From positions 12,592-76,591 of the IMG/VR virus record IMGVR_UViG_3300033149_006345: DNA of 64,000 nt; one strand, 5' to 3'. The notes beneath the pieces were generated by a model. The model saw only the letters and a list, made by a program, of their open reading frames with translations. It did no database searches and was not told where the DNA came from. A program made the translations under genes and the position numbers. Position 1 is the stretch's first letter, and every line of letters begins with the position of its first letter. This document shows positions 26,733-36,544 of this stretch, in pieces. The DNA is from a virus.

Positions 26733-27314
26733 ATGCCAATAATTAGAGAGCACGTTCACGATGGAACCGTTTGTTATATTGAGCCGGAGTCTATTCCGTA
26801 TATTGAAAAAGTGTTGCGTGAGTTCAAACCACAATTGATTATTGAGTTGGGCACAGCTTTTGGTGGTTTTACCAAGTATCTTTGCAATTGGTTTCCTTCC
26901 ACTCCTATTTATACTGTAGATGCCTTTTTATACGCCTCGAAAAAGGACTTGGCGTTATTTAGGAAGAGAAACGTTACTTTGTTGCTTACTGCTCAGTTGT
27001 TCGAGGGGGAAATGACCATTCCGCTTCTTTGCTCTTTGCCTCTACGTAAATTTCTGTTCTGTGATAATGGGCAAAAGGATATTGAGGTTAGATTATTTGG
27101 TGGCTATCTGCGCCCAGGTGATTTGCTGGCTGTACATGATTGGAGTGATTATAAGCAACGTTTGGAGGGGGCTTTTGAGGAGTTTGTTGCCCATCCCATC
27201 AATAAAGTTTTGAAAACGGAAGTCGATTCGGATGTCCGCTTTTTCTATAAGAAAGATAGGAGTGGTACTAGGGTTAAACCGGTAAACAAAACGGAGCATA
27301 TATGGGGAAAATGA
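26733..27314 (+). CDS. Class I SAM methyltransferase (CmcI/Methyltransf_24-like, probable sugar O-methyltransferase)
   Basis: IIELGTAFGG, FCDNG, LRPGD..VHDW. Confidence 0.8.
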   Translation: MPIIREHVHDGTVCYIEPESIPYIEKVLREFKPQLIIELGTAFGGFTKYLCNWFPSTPIYTVDAFLYASKKDLALFRKRNVTLLLTAQLFEGEMTIPLLCSLPLRKFLFCDNGQKDIEVRLFGGYLRPGDLLAVHDWSDYKQRLEGAFEEFVAHPINKVLKTEVDSDVRFFYKKDRSGTRVKPVNKTEHIWGK

Positions 27315-28225
27315 TGCCTTGTGATATAGTTGTTTCTGTGACCAAAGGATATTTTTTGTATTTGCAAATCCTTCTGGAGAGTTTTAGCAAAAGCAATCCA
27401 GATTTTTCCGGTTGTATACATATTCTTATGTATGACGAAGACGACTGGTTTCTCTCGTATTTGCGATCATGTAAACTTCCTTATGAGATCCATAAAAGAT
27501 TTTTGGGAAATGCTGTTACCAGCAAGAAGGCAACTACAGCTATGCTGGAGCGGTTTTCCTTTGCATCTGATTTGAAGAGACCGGTAATGCTGGTGGATGC
27601 TGACACCATTTTTCTAGGTAATGTTAATATGTTCTTCGATATTGCGGGTTTGGGTTATATTGTTGGATGTGGAAATGGGAAGGATATAGAGTTTGGTTTT
27701 GGTTGCAAAGCTAGTAGATTCAAATATGGGAGACCTTTTTGTTATCCTGTACCGAGCAACATACCGGAGGTGGGGGGGAAGTGCAACTATAGAACGATTG
27801 CATTGCCTTTGTTTTTAGATCCTGTAAGGTATGGTTTTTTGTTGAAGGACGTATATGATTATTATTTTTCTCAGGATGAAGACAGAAAGCTCGCCGAGTG
27901 GGTTATCTTGCAGGCACTTTTGGTTAAACACGACTTAATAGATAAGATTTTGCTTTTACCATCACATCGAACATCAAATAGTTATCATTTTATGGTGAAC
28001 CCATTGTCTGGTGTATATAAGTATAAAGAGAGGTTTTTATCATCTGCCGGAGGTGATGTGCTTATATGTCATGGCCGGGTGCTAAGCGGTTTTTGGTGGA
28101 ATGAAAGTATGGAAGCGATGAGGAATTTCTTTAGACTTTTTTCCGATGAAGATTGGTTTTTGCAAATGTGGAAAGATAATGCCCAACAGTTGCGAAATAT
28201 TGTCGGTAGTTACAGGAGAGATTGA
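27302..28225 (+). CDS. GT8-like (GT-A fold) glycosyltransferase
   Basis: YLQILLESF..NP, ERF, VMLVDADTIF DxD motif. Confidence 0.7.
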   Translation: MGKMMPCDIVVSVTKGYFLYLQILLESFSKSNPDFSGCIHILMYDEDDWFLSYLRSCKLPYEIHKRFLGNAVTSKKATTAMLERFSFASDLKRPVMLVDADTIFLGNVNMFFDIAGLGYIVGCGNGKDIEFGFGCKASRFKYGRPFCYPVPSNIPEVGGKCNYRTIALPLFLDPVRYGFLLKDVYDYYFSQDEDRKLAEWVILQALLVKHDLIDKILLLPSHRTSNSYHFMVNPLSGVYKYKERFLSSAGGDVLICHGRVLSGFWWNESMEAMRNFFRLFSDEDWFLQMWKDNAQQLRNIVGSYRRD

Positions 28226-29028
28226 TTATGTATCCTCTCATACAGGTTTTTCGTGGCAGTGTTAGTAGACCGTGGCAATTGAAAAGAACAACTCCGACTC
28301 TCTTTGATAGATTTAAGTATGCTGGAAAGATTGAATATCATTTAGTTGAAAGTGTTTTTGTCGATGAGTTGTCGGAAGAATGTCTTGAGTACGCAACATC
28401 GCAAGAGTATATCACTCATGTTATAAAACCACAACGGGGCTATGGTTATGCTATAAAATGGTTTTTGGATAATATGTGCACAGCCCCATATATGATAAAT
28501 TGGGAAGATGATTATGCTGCTGTGACAGATATTCCTCTGACCGAATGTGTTGAGTTGATGGAGACATATCCTCATATAAATCAGATATGTTTTAATAAAC
28601 GTAAAACAATGTCTTATAAGTGGGCGAGACCTGGTCATGGTAGAGAAGATTTTAAGTGGCAGAAGGAACAGAGGGAATTTCCATTGACTGATGGAAGGAT
28701 GATACCTCTAGTAGTGAAGGAGAAATGGTGGTTTGGTCCGGCTATTTGGCGAGTTTCCTTCGTCAAAGATAAGTTTGTTGGTTTTAGAGAACGAGTACAC
28801 CACCGATTCAATGATGAAGTGTTGTTTCCTTTATTTGGTCCACGCCGTTTGCCTGATGGTTCTCCTTATGTTCCAACACCTACTGAGGTAGAAGAGGTCA
28901 TTGGTTGTTATATTTATGGGAGACATAAAGATCCTCCTATGTCTAGGCATATGCAGGAGGGGGATAGTATCTGGAAAAAGGAACTTCTAGATAAATGGCG
29001 GGCAGAGGGGAGGAAGGTATATTTATGA
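28222..29028 (+). CDS. GT-A fold (GT2-like) glycosyltransferase
   Basis: RPWQLKRT, NWEDDY, PAIWR; paralog of the next gene. Confidence 0.7.
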   Translation: MIMYPLIQVFRGSVSRPWQLKRTTPTLFDRFKYAGKIEYHLVESVFVDELSEECLEYATSQEYITHVIKPQRGYGYAIKWFLDNMCTAPYMINWEDDYAAVTDIPLTECVELMETYPHINQICFNKRKTMSYKWARPGHGREDFKWQKEQREFPLTDGRMIPLVVKEKWWFGPAIWRVSFVKDKFVGFRERVHHRFNDEVLFPLFGPRRLPDGSPYVPTPTEVEEVIGCYIYGRHKDPPMSRHMQEGDSIWKKELLDKWRAEGRKVYL

Positions 29029-29753
29029 TTATTGATCTTTTGGTTACGTCTGCAAGTCGTCCTGCTCTTCTGGAGAAGACACTCACTTCATTTTCGGGTA
29101 ATGTGGAGTTAACACAACATTACTTTCGTGGCTTATTGCATGAGGATATATTAGAAGAGGAGCCATCCAAACAAATTATTGTGTGGGCATCTAGATTTTC
29201 CTTTTCTGTGGTTGAACACCATCAACCACATATTGGTTTAGGGCCAGCTATTGGTTATATGCTGGATAATTTTGTCACTTCAAAATATTTGTTTTATTTG
29301 CAAGATGATTGGGAGTTGGTACGCCCATTGGATTTAGATTTGGCTATAGATTATATGGAAAAATACCCAATGATAAATCAAATTCGTTTTAATAAAAGGA
29401 AAACAATGCCTTTTGTCGGGGATAACCCTAAGAAAAGATGGTATAAGAAAGAGGTTTTATTTGGGGATAGAATTTTTACTGTGTCACCGCATTGGGTTTT
29501 GAATCCGGCTCTATGGCGAGTTGATTTTATTAGTGACAAGTTTGTTCCTTCTTACGAGTTCTGTAACTGGCGTACCAATGATGTTTTGAAACAAGGAAAA
29601 GGGCCAAATGAAATAGATGCCGACTGGATTGCGGAAAATATGGGTACTTTTATTTGGGGTGGTATTGGTGAACCGCCCTTTTTCAGACATCTTGGGCATG
29701 GTCAAAGCGCATTAACAAAGACGGGCCAGGAGCGCCAGTATTATAGGAGATAG
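29025..29753 (+). CDS. GT-A fold (GT2-like) glycosyltransferase
   Basis: TSASRPALLEKTL, YLQDDWEL, NPALWR, HLG; ATGA overlap with the previous gene. Confidence 0.75.
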   Translation: MIIDLLVTSASRPALLEKTLTSFSGNVELTQHYFRGLLHEDILEEEPSKQIIVWASRFSFSVVEHHQPHIGLGPAIGYMLDNFVTSKYLFYLQDDWELVRPLDLDLAIDYMEKYPMINQIRFNKRKTMPFVGDNPKKRWYKKEVLFGDRIFTVSPHWVLNPALWRVDFISDKFVPSYEFCNWRTNDVLKQGKGPNEIDADWIAENMGTFIWGGIGEPPFFRHLGHGQSALTKTGQERQYYRR

Positions 29754-29759
29754 TGAGAG

Positions 29760-30314
29760 ATGGGCGACGGATCAGGGGATTTGCAGAAAATATGGCATGT
29801 ATATGTTGGTAAACATATTGTCTCCGGTTCTGTTTTGGATGTTGGGGCCGGATTAGGCAAGAGTAAAGGAAGATTGCTTATTGGTGCAGATGAAGTTGTT
29901 ACTCAGGATATTGATAGGGCAAGGATGTTAGATGTTGATGTTATTTGCCCATTAGAAGAGATAACAGAAATTTTTGATTATGTTACTGCTTTTGATGTTA
30001 TTGAGCATGTACCTCATCCGGTTAGCTTTTTGACGCATATGTGGAAGCGTTCCAGGAAAGGTATATTTGTCACTACCCCAAATGCTGTAGTTTACCCTCA
30101 TCCTTGGCATTTTACTCCTGCAAAGTTTGCTCTTCTTTTATCTGGTTTTGTTAGAGACAGACAGGAGGCCGAGCGGGTTGTTTTTGCTTACTTCTGTCGT
30201 TGTAAGACAGAGCAAGAGGATATTATAATTGAATCCACGTGGTCGGACTTTCTTCGAGCTGACTCCCCGATTGTTGGGTTGGGTGTATTGGTGCAGAGGA
30301 GAGAAAATGCGTGA
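29760..30314 (+). CDS. Class I SAM methyltransferase
   Basis: VLDVGAGLG, FDYVTAFDVIEHV, TTPN. Confidence 0.85.
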   Translation: MGDGSGDLQKIWHVYVGKHIVSGSVLDVGAGLGKSKGRLLIGADEVVTQDIDRARMLDVDVICPLEEITEIFDYVTAFDVIEHVPHPVSFLTHMWKRSRKGIFVTTPNAVVYPHPWHFTPAKFALLLSGFVRDRQEAERVVFAYFCRCKTEQEDIIIESTWSDFLRADSPIVGLGVLVQRRENA

Positions 30315-31335
30315 CTTTTACCGTATTTTGGTCTTATCTAAATTTCGCAATTACATCTCTTATTTTTCACATGGTGTTATTGAGGGAGCAATACGCAACG
30401 GCTGGCGTGCCAATTGGGTTGAGTTGCAGAAGCTAAATGATGCCGCCAATTATAAGGAGCATTGCGAGTCCATTTTGGAGCAGATAGTGCGCTATCGACC
30501 TCATGTAATTTTCTGCAATGGCATTTTTGGGGAAGACTCAGAAGCCTTTCCGGGAATATTTGATGTGCTTCTTAAAATCAGGAAAAGATTTGATGATTGC
30601 AAGATTGTTTATCATATGGGTGATCCGAGAAATGAACCTAGGTATAGGAATGACATTTCCAAACTAGTTGATATAGCTCTTTGTAATTTTGGTGGTGAGC
30701 TATTAGAGAAATTCTCGGATATTTGGAAAGTTCCTTGTTATCATTGGCCCTACGCTTGCTGGCAGTTTCCCCGATATGTAGAGAAAGAAAAGAGATATGA
30801 TTTATTATATTTGGGTAATGTGTCAGAACACCCTCGTTATAAGGACCGCACTCCATTTGTTCATTATCTTTTGGATAATGCTTCTATGGAAGTGAGAAGA
30901 TTTCCTGATGAAGAAATAGGCAATACACGCTTCTTTTTGGAAGATATTGTTCCCTATGCTAGAGGGTTATTGAGTTTAGCAGCCACTTATGATCTACCTT
31001 ACTACATAGATGCCCGTCCTTTTGAATATCTTGGTTTTGGGGGTTTGGTTTTTCGTCCAATGTCTGCTGGTTTGACGGATATTTTTGTACCTTTTTATCA
31101 CTTTATTCCTTTTGATTTTATCCCCGGAGAGCATAAGTATACTATGAAGTCTTTGGAGGAAGTATATTATGAATACACGACAGTGAAGCGAGATCAGGCG
31201 GAGAAAATACGAAGACAAGGTTTTGAGTATACCCAAAATTATCATAATTATAGGATGCGAGTTAGAGATGTTATTTTGCTTTTGGAAGGAGTAATAGAGA
31301 GGCCCCTCGTCTACTTGTCTGATTTTGACTTTTGA
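30307..31335 (+). CDS. CgeB/Glyco_trans_1_2-like glycosyltransferase
   Basis: YDLLYLG, R.FEYLGFGG, GFEYTQNYHNYRMRV. Confidence 0.8.
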   Translation: MRDFYRILVLSKFRNYISYFSHGVIEGAIRNGWRANWVELQKLNDAANYKEHCESILEQIVRYRPHVIFCNGIFGEDSEAFPGIFDVLLKIRKRFDDCKIVYHMGDPRNEPRYRNDISKLVDIALCNFGGELLEKFSDIWKVPCYHWPYACWQFPRYVEKEKRYDLLYLGNVSEHPRYKDRTPFVHYLLDNASMEVRRFPDEEIGNTRFFLEDIVPYARGLLSLAATYDLPYYIDARPFEYLGFGGLVFRPMSAGLTDIFVPFYHFIPFDFIPGEHKYTMKSLEEVYYEYTTVKRDQAEKIRRQGFEYTQNYHNYRMRVRDVILLLEGVIERPLVYLSDFDF

Positions 31336-31352
31336 TGATTGGAGGTTGTGGG

Positions 31353-32327
31353 ATGCAACCAAAAAGACCCATACGCCTAGCTTGTTTAGGAGATTGGTCA
31401 AATTATTTTAGCTATTTTCTGTATGGGAGCCTGGAGGGGGCTATATTAAATCAGTGCTGGTTTCGTCCTATTGATATACGCTCTCCAGTGAAGGTTATAG
31501 TGCGAAATATTTTGGAGTTTCGTCCAGACATTCTTTTGGCGCATATGTTATTTTCTGAAGGAGTACGACCTATCCCGGAAACATTGGATTATTTGGCGAC
31601 GGTTCGCAAGAAAGTAGGTACGCGAGTTTTTTATCATTTGGGTGATGCCAGAACAGTTCCCCGTTATGCAGGTGATATCAGTATGGCAGTTGATGGTTGT
31701 TTGGTTAACCAGACCAACTTGACTCCTTTTGAAGAAATATGGAAAGTTCCTTGTTACCATTGGCCCTATGCTGCATTTAAGCAGGCTAGAATTGCTGGGA
31801 AAGTGAAGGAGTTTGAGCATCCACTTATATTTACCGGTAGGCTAAGTGACAAGGGGATACATAGGAACAGGACCATTTTTATTAGGGAACTCCAGCGCCT
31901 AATGCCTGTTAAAGTATATCCAGATGAGAAGTATCCAGATACAAAGCTATTGACAGCGGAAATTGCAGCTTCAGCAACAGCAATCCTTGGGGTTTGTGCC
32001 GGATATGATATTCCTGGTTATGCTGATGTGCGTCCGTATCAGTATCCTGGGGCGGGGGGTGTTTTGTTTCAACGGTATTATTTGGGATTGGAAGAGATTT
32101 TTCTGGATGGTAAACATATGATCTTCTTTTATGATGATGATCCAAGTAACTTCGAGGAGCTTTATAATAAATGGGTGTTTGGCGAGTTTTCGTCTCTTCT
32201 CTCTTCAATACGGCAGGAGGCTTTTTCTTTCCTTCAGAGATATCATACTTATGCCAACCGAATAAAGGATGTTTTGAATATTGTTTATTATGGCGTGCCC
32301 CCAAAGATAAAACTTGCGGATCTGTAG
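31353..32327 (+). CDS. CgeB/Glyco_trans_1_2-like glycosyltransferase
   Basis: LIFTG, RPYQYPGAGG, HTYANRI; paralog of the previous gene. Confidence 0.8.
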   Translation: MQPKRPIRLACLGDWSNYFSYFLYGSLEGAILNQCWFRPIDIRSPVKVIVRNILEFRPDILLAHMLFSEGVRPIPETLDYLATVRKKVGTRVFYHLGDARTVPRYAGDISMAVDGCLVNQTNLTPFEEIWKVPCYHWPYAAFKQARIAGKVKEFEHPLIFTGRLSDKGIHRNRTIFIRELQRLMPVKVYPDEKYPDTKLLTAEIAASATAILGVCAGYDIPGYADVRPYQYPGAGGVLFQRYYLGLEEIFLDGKHMIFFYDDDPSNFEELYNKWVFGEFSSLLSSIRQEAFSFLQRYHTYANRIKDVLNIVYYGVPPKIKLADL

Positions 32328-32336
32328 GAGGAGCGA

Positions 32337-33647
32337 ATGCAGTTGGAGCGTATTTATGAAAAGTTAATGATACCAGAGACCGAAGATCGTGTTATTTTGG
32401 ATGGAAAAGAATATTCAGCCAAGGTTGGTAAGCATAGCATTTGGATTCCTGAATTGGAGTTGAAGTTGCCATTTCAGTATAACGGCCATTTTGTTGAATA
32501 TTACCATTGGTCAAGAGGGCAACATGCAGAGCGAATAAAAAATTTTACCTTTGGAACGGAACTCCCTTATGCCATGTCTTCTCTCTATAATATTGTTGAG
32601 GAATGGGCTATTTTTTACTTGCTGGCAAAACGGAAGTTGGCTCCTCCAATTGGTGGTTTTGTCTTCTTCAAGAATATACTTTCCACTTTTCCAAAAGACG
32701 TCATGCGTTGTGACCCAAAGGGCGGATATGGTTTTTTTATGAGAGATGCTTCCAAGTTGGATAAGAAATCTTTCTCACCGGATTATTTTAAGCAGGAGTT
32801 TGTGTCAAGTGGTATATTATATTGCTCCGAGACAGCATTGGGGGATATTTGTGAGGAGGGGAGAAATAATCATATAAATGGGTATATTGTTGACATTAGG
32901 AGAAGCATCCAGGATGCAATTCATCTTCGTAAATTGCCCGGATTGGATGAGATTGCGACAGATACCTATTTAACCAGCATTTGCAAAGAAATTTTTTATC
33001 AGGATGATCCTGGGAAATTGAAAGAAAGAATTGCTGTATATGGTCAATTTCCTTTCAAACAAAGAAATAAGCCTTATCAAAGCTATTGGCTCAGGAATGA
33101 ATATGTAGAAGGGGCTAGGGCTACTGAGGAAAGGTTGTCGTTGATGGGTATTCCAACTGAGCTTCCTCCTGAAACATCCGTGTTGGATTTGGGTTGTTGT
33201 ATTGGTGCTATTTGTCAAGGAATGTATTTAAGAGGGGCTAGAGATATTTTGGGATTGGAGTATCAACTAGAATATTTAGCTTGCGCCAGAGATTTAGCGA
33301 GATATAATGGTCATCAAATTTCTTACTTACAATATGATCTCTCTGATAGAGAACAGCTAGATAAGGTGATTGCTCATCTAAACAAATATTTTCCCAATGG
33401 AATTGACTATGTTTTTGCTTTGGCTATTTATAAGCATATTGGTTTGGATAATTTGTTGTACCTTTTGGAGAACATTTCTTTCAGAAATCTATATGTTGAG
33501 AGTTCATCTGTTGAATCGGTGAAAACTACGGGACATGCCAAAGAATGTAATAAACAGTTGAATAAGCGTTGGAAAACAAAGTTTTTGGGGTATACTACTG
33601 ATCGCAGTAAACGAGCGATATGGTATTGTGAAGGAGGGGAAAAATGA
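32337..33647 (+). CDS. Kinase-like domain fused to a class I SAM methyltransferase
   Basis: N-half: LK..EEWAIFYLLAKRKLAPP..GD..NN..GYIVD. C-half: PYQSY, SVLDLGCCIG, DYVFALAIYKH. Confidence 0.7.
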   Translation: MQLERIYEKLMIPETEDRVILDGKEYSAKVGKHSIWIPELELKLPFQYNGHFVEYYHWSRGQHAERIKNFTFGTELPYAMSSLYNIVEEWAIFYLLAKRKLAPPIGGFVFFKNILSTFPKDVMRCDPKGGYGFFMRDASKLDKKSFSPDYFKQEFVSSGILYCSETALGDICEEGRNNHINGYIVDIRRSIQDAIHLRKLPGLDEIATDTYLTSICKEIFYQDDPGKLKERIAVYGQFPFKQRNKPYQSYWLRNEYVEGARATEERLSLMGIPTELPPETSVLDLGCCIGAICQGMYLRGARDILGLEYQLEYLACARDLARYNGHQISYLQYDLSDREQLDKVIAHLNKYFPNGIDYVFALAIYKHIGLDNLLYLLENISFRNLYVESSSVESVKTTGHAKECNKQLNKRWKTKFLGYTTDRSKRAIWYCEGGEK

Positions 33648-33895
33648 GTCGGATTATTACCAAACCCACACCTAATTTTTATACCTGTAGGTTGCTTGAG
33701 CCGGTAAGTGAAGCAGAGTATTACTATAAGCGTTGTGCAGAGAAGAGCAAAGGACGCTGTATTGATCATGTGTATATGAAGAAGAGGGGAGAGGATTCGA
33801 CCAAATTGCAATCTTTGCGGTACAAGAAGACGATATGGACCAGGCAAGCGGCAAAAGCCCATTGTGATCAGAGAGGAGGAAGGTTTGATGTTTGA
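33644..33895 (+). CDS. Small protein resembling a head-morphogenesis accessory domain
   Basis: PNFYTCRL.EP..LQSLRY.K..WT..AK.HC..GG.F pattern. Confidence 0.6.
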   Translation: MSRIITKPTPNFYTCRLLEPVSEAEYYYKRCAEKSKGRCIDHVYMKKRGEDSTKLQSLRYKKTIWTRQAAKAHCDQRGGRFDV

Positions 33896-34472
33896 GTTTT
33901 TGGGTGGCTTCAACCATATTTTGGTTACTGGAGTGCAACGATCCGGCACTACTATTTGTGCTCAGATGATTGCACATGATTTAGGGTATAAATGGTATAA
34001 GGAAGAGAAAGTAAAAGGTGAAGATTGGATAGCCTTGTATAAGTTCTTGACTGATTTTCGTGGAATGAAGTTGGTGCTACAATGCCCTAGATTTTGCTAT
34101 TGTATCGAGCGAGTAAGTCTACCTTCAAATGCCATAGTTTTCATGGTTAGGAATAAGAGGGAGGTGTTGAAAGCACAGAGGGATATAGGATGGGATGCTT
34201 CAAAAGAAATGCAACATCCTTGTTACCGAGGTTATAAAGATATCGTTGAAGCCAAGAAGCAATATTGGGAAACAGTTCAGAAACATGGCATCTATAATGC
34301 TTTTGAAGTGAATTATCGCTCTTTGGCAAAGCATCCATTGTGGATTCCGGCCAGGTTGCGGAAAGATTTTGCATCAATGCAGACATCTTTAGCTTCTCCT
34401 TATACCTTTGATGACTCCCCTGAAGATAAGAAGTTGCGGGAGAAACTGTACAAGAGAGGAAGGATTGTCTGA
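33888..34472 (+). CDS. Sulfotransferase-like P-loop protein
   Basis: ILVTGVQRSGTT (5'-PSB-like), IVFMVRN (3'-PB-like), EVNYRSL. Confidence 0.75.
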   Translation: MFEFLGGFNHILVTGVQRSGTTICAQMIAHDLGYKWYKEEKVKGEDWIALYKFLTDFRGMKLVLQCPRFCYCIERVSLPSNAIVFMVRNKREVLKAQRDIGWDASKEMQHPCYRGYKDIVEAKKQYWETVQKHGIYNAFEVNYRSLAKHPLWIPARLRKDFASMQTSLASPYTFDDSPEDKKLREKLYKRGRIV

Positions 34473-35320
34473 TGTTTGGTATGAGTGTTACTGTTCCATA
34501 CCGTAATCGCTTTAAGTGTTTGGATAGGTGCCTTCGTCCATTATTGCGACAGAAGACAAATTTTCCTTTTGAGGTAGTGTTTGTAGATTATGGAAGCACC
34601 GATGATACTCTGAGCTATCTTTGTAAGTCTTATTCTGCTGAGATAGCTTCTAATAAGTTGGTGCTTGTTCATTATCCTGCCGACGCATTTAATTTGGCAG
34701 GAGCACGTAATGTTGGTATTGCTTTCTCTAATTATCCTTTGATTTTTACGTTTGATATTGATTCTATCTGCCTATCTGATACCATTTTGCAAGAGGTGTA
34801 TGATTTTTATTTGGATATGGAGCAAAAAGCAAAGAAAAATATACAAGATTTAGAACAATATAAACCACCATTGCTGACAAAAAATATACCTTACACTTAT
34901 GATGAATACAAGTATATCCCCTATGGACATATTGTCAGGACTGTTGGTTGGGGAAATTGTTTGTTGCATAAAGATATATTTTTTGCTATTGGTGGTTTGG
35001 ACCATATGACTTTTCGGGGCAAAGGATATGAAGATATGGCTTTTATGGTGTTGTGCTTGAGGAATGGTTATTATCTGGTTCAGTATCCTGATGTGCTATA
35101 TCGAAAGAAGAATACGAAACTGGTAAATTTCAAGGACCATGAGTTGTCACCGGAAGAAAGGGTGGAAACATATGATGTATGGGAGGATGGTTGTGACGCT
35201 GGGGCTAGAGAACGGAGTTACAGACGCTTTCGGCTGTTGGTAGAATCCCCTGGAGTACGGTATAATTCAGTAGTTGATTGGAATCTTCTCAGGAAGGAAG
35301 GATATAGAATAAATATATAG
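34472..35320 (+). CDS. GT2/GT7-like glycosyltransferase
   Basis: SVTVPYRNR, VDYGSTDDT, ARNVG, DID, GGLD..GKGYED. Confidence 0.9.
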   Translation: MFGMSVTVPYRNRFKCLDRCLRPLLRQKTNFPFEVVFVDYGSTDDTLSYLCKSYSAEIASNKLVLVHYPADAFNLAGARNVGIAFSNYPLIFTFDIDSICLSDTILQEVYDFYLDMEQKAKKNIQDLEQYKPPLLTKNIPYTYDEYKYIPYGHIVRTVGWGNCLLHKDIFFAIGGLDHMTFRGKGYEDMAFMVLCLRNGYYLVQYPDVLYRKKNTKLVNFKDHELSPEERVETYDVWEDGCDAGARERSYRRFRLLVESPGVRYNSVVDWNLLRKEGYRINI

Positions 35321-35330
35321 GGGGTTATGG

Positions 35331-35534
35331 ATGATAGTTTATGTGGATGGAAAACTCTATCATGGGGCAAGAGGTTTGGTTGCTGTATGTTTTAGTGATC
35401 GGGATTTGGAACACATTCGCAATATGGCACCGGGTTGTAGAATTTATTGTGAGTATGATGCTGATTTATGGCAGGATGAAACAGAAGTTGCTTCTATTTT
35501 GCACGAATTTATGAAGGACTGCGAGAAGGAGTGA
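35331..35534 (+). CDS. Small hypothetical protein
   Basis: 67-aa ORF, coupled. Confidence 0.6.
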   Translation: MIVYVDGKLYHGARGLVAVCFSDRDLEHIRNMAPGCRIYCEYDADLWQDETEVASILHEFMKDCEKE

Positions 35535-36544
35535 AAATGCGCTTCATCTTCAATCTGGAAAGATGCGGTGCAGCCAATAACGGTGGCACTAAGACCATTT
35601 TTGCTAGCGCCAATACTTTAGTAGATATGGGCCATGAGGTCTTTGTTGTTTCTGATATTGAGAATAAATTTACATGGTTCCCCTTGAAAGCAGAGTTTAT
35701 TCATTTTCGAGGTAAATCCAAAGAGTATCCTAGTGCAGACGCTCATATTGCTACTGGTTTTCAAACGGTCAAGCCTGTTTTGGCTTCGCCTTCTTTTACC
35801 GGTGAGAGGGTGCATTGGATTCGGGCACATGAGACTTGGATTATGAAAGACCCTACATTGGTATATCATGCCCCGACGAGGAAGCTGGTCAACAGCAAGG
35901 GTCTTCAGCAATTTATAAAAGCAAATTATGGGATTGACTCAATCATTTTATATCCTGGGATAGAGTATGATGTATTCAGGAATGTTGGGAAATATGACAT
36001 TAGTTATCCCATTGGTATTGGAGCTTTATATAACCAAAAGGCACGGAAACGTTTTCCTTGGGTGGTGGACTCTTTTCGTTTCTTAAAGAGGACATATGGT
36101 CGCGCGGTTAGGTTTATTCTGTTTGGTAATGATGGTCGTCCCATAAACTTAGAGAAACTGTTTCGTTTTTCGTATGTACAACAGCCAGCCCAAGAGCAAT
36201 TGGTGCATCTTTATAATCAATGCACATTTTGGCTAGCTCCTACAGAATCAGAAGGGTTGCATATTTGCCCGATGGAGGCAGCGTTATGTCGCTCCGTTGT
36301 TATTGGTACCGATGCTCCTTTGGCGGGTATGAGCGATTGGTTGGATGAAACCACAGGTTTTGTTTCGGAAAATGATTATGACAGCTACCTCAAAATGGTT
36401 TTATTTGCTTTCGAGCAAGAACCCAGCAAGCTGGCAGCTTTGAGTATTGCTGCCAGAGATAGAATTGTCCAAAAGATTGGTTCACGCAGGCGGAATATGG
36501 GCAAACTGGTTCATCTGATAAAATTTTGGAGGAATGAAAGATGA
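35531..36544 (+). CDS. GT4-like glycosyltransferase (WsaF-like)
   Basis: NNGG..ANTL..GHEV, IATGFQT, EGLHICPMEAALC. Confidence 0.85.
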   Translation: MKMRFIFNLERCGAANNGGTKTIFASANTLVDMGHEVFVVSDIENKFTWFPLKAEFIHFRGKSKEYPSADAHIATGFQTVKPVLASPSFTGERVHWIRAHETWIMKDPTLVYHAPTRKLVNSKGLQQFIKANYGIDSIILYPGIEYDVFRNVGKYDISYPIGIGALYNQKARKRFPWVVDSFRFLKRTYGRAVRFILFGNDGRPINLEKLFRFSYVQQPAQEQLVHLYNQCTFWLAPTESEGLHICPMEAALCRSVVIGTDAPLAGMSDWLDETTGFVSENDYDSYLKMVLFAFEQEPSKLAALSIAARDRIVQKIGSRRRNMGKLVHLIKFWRNER

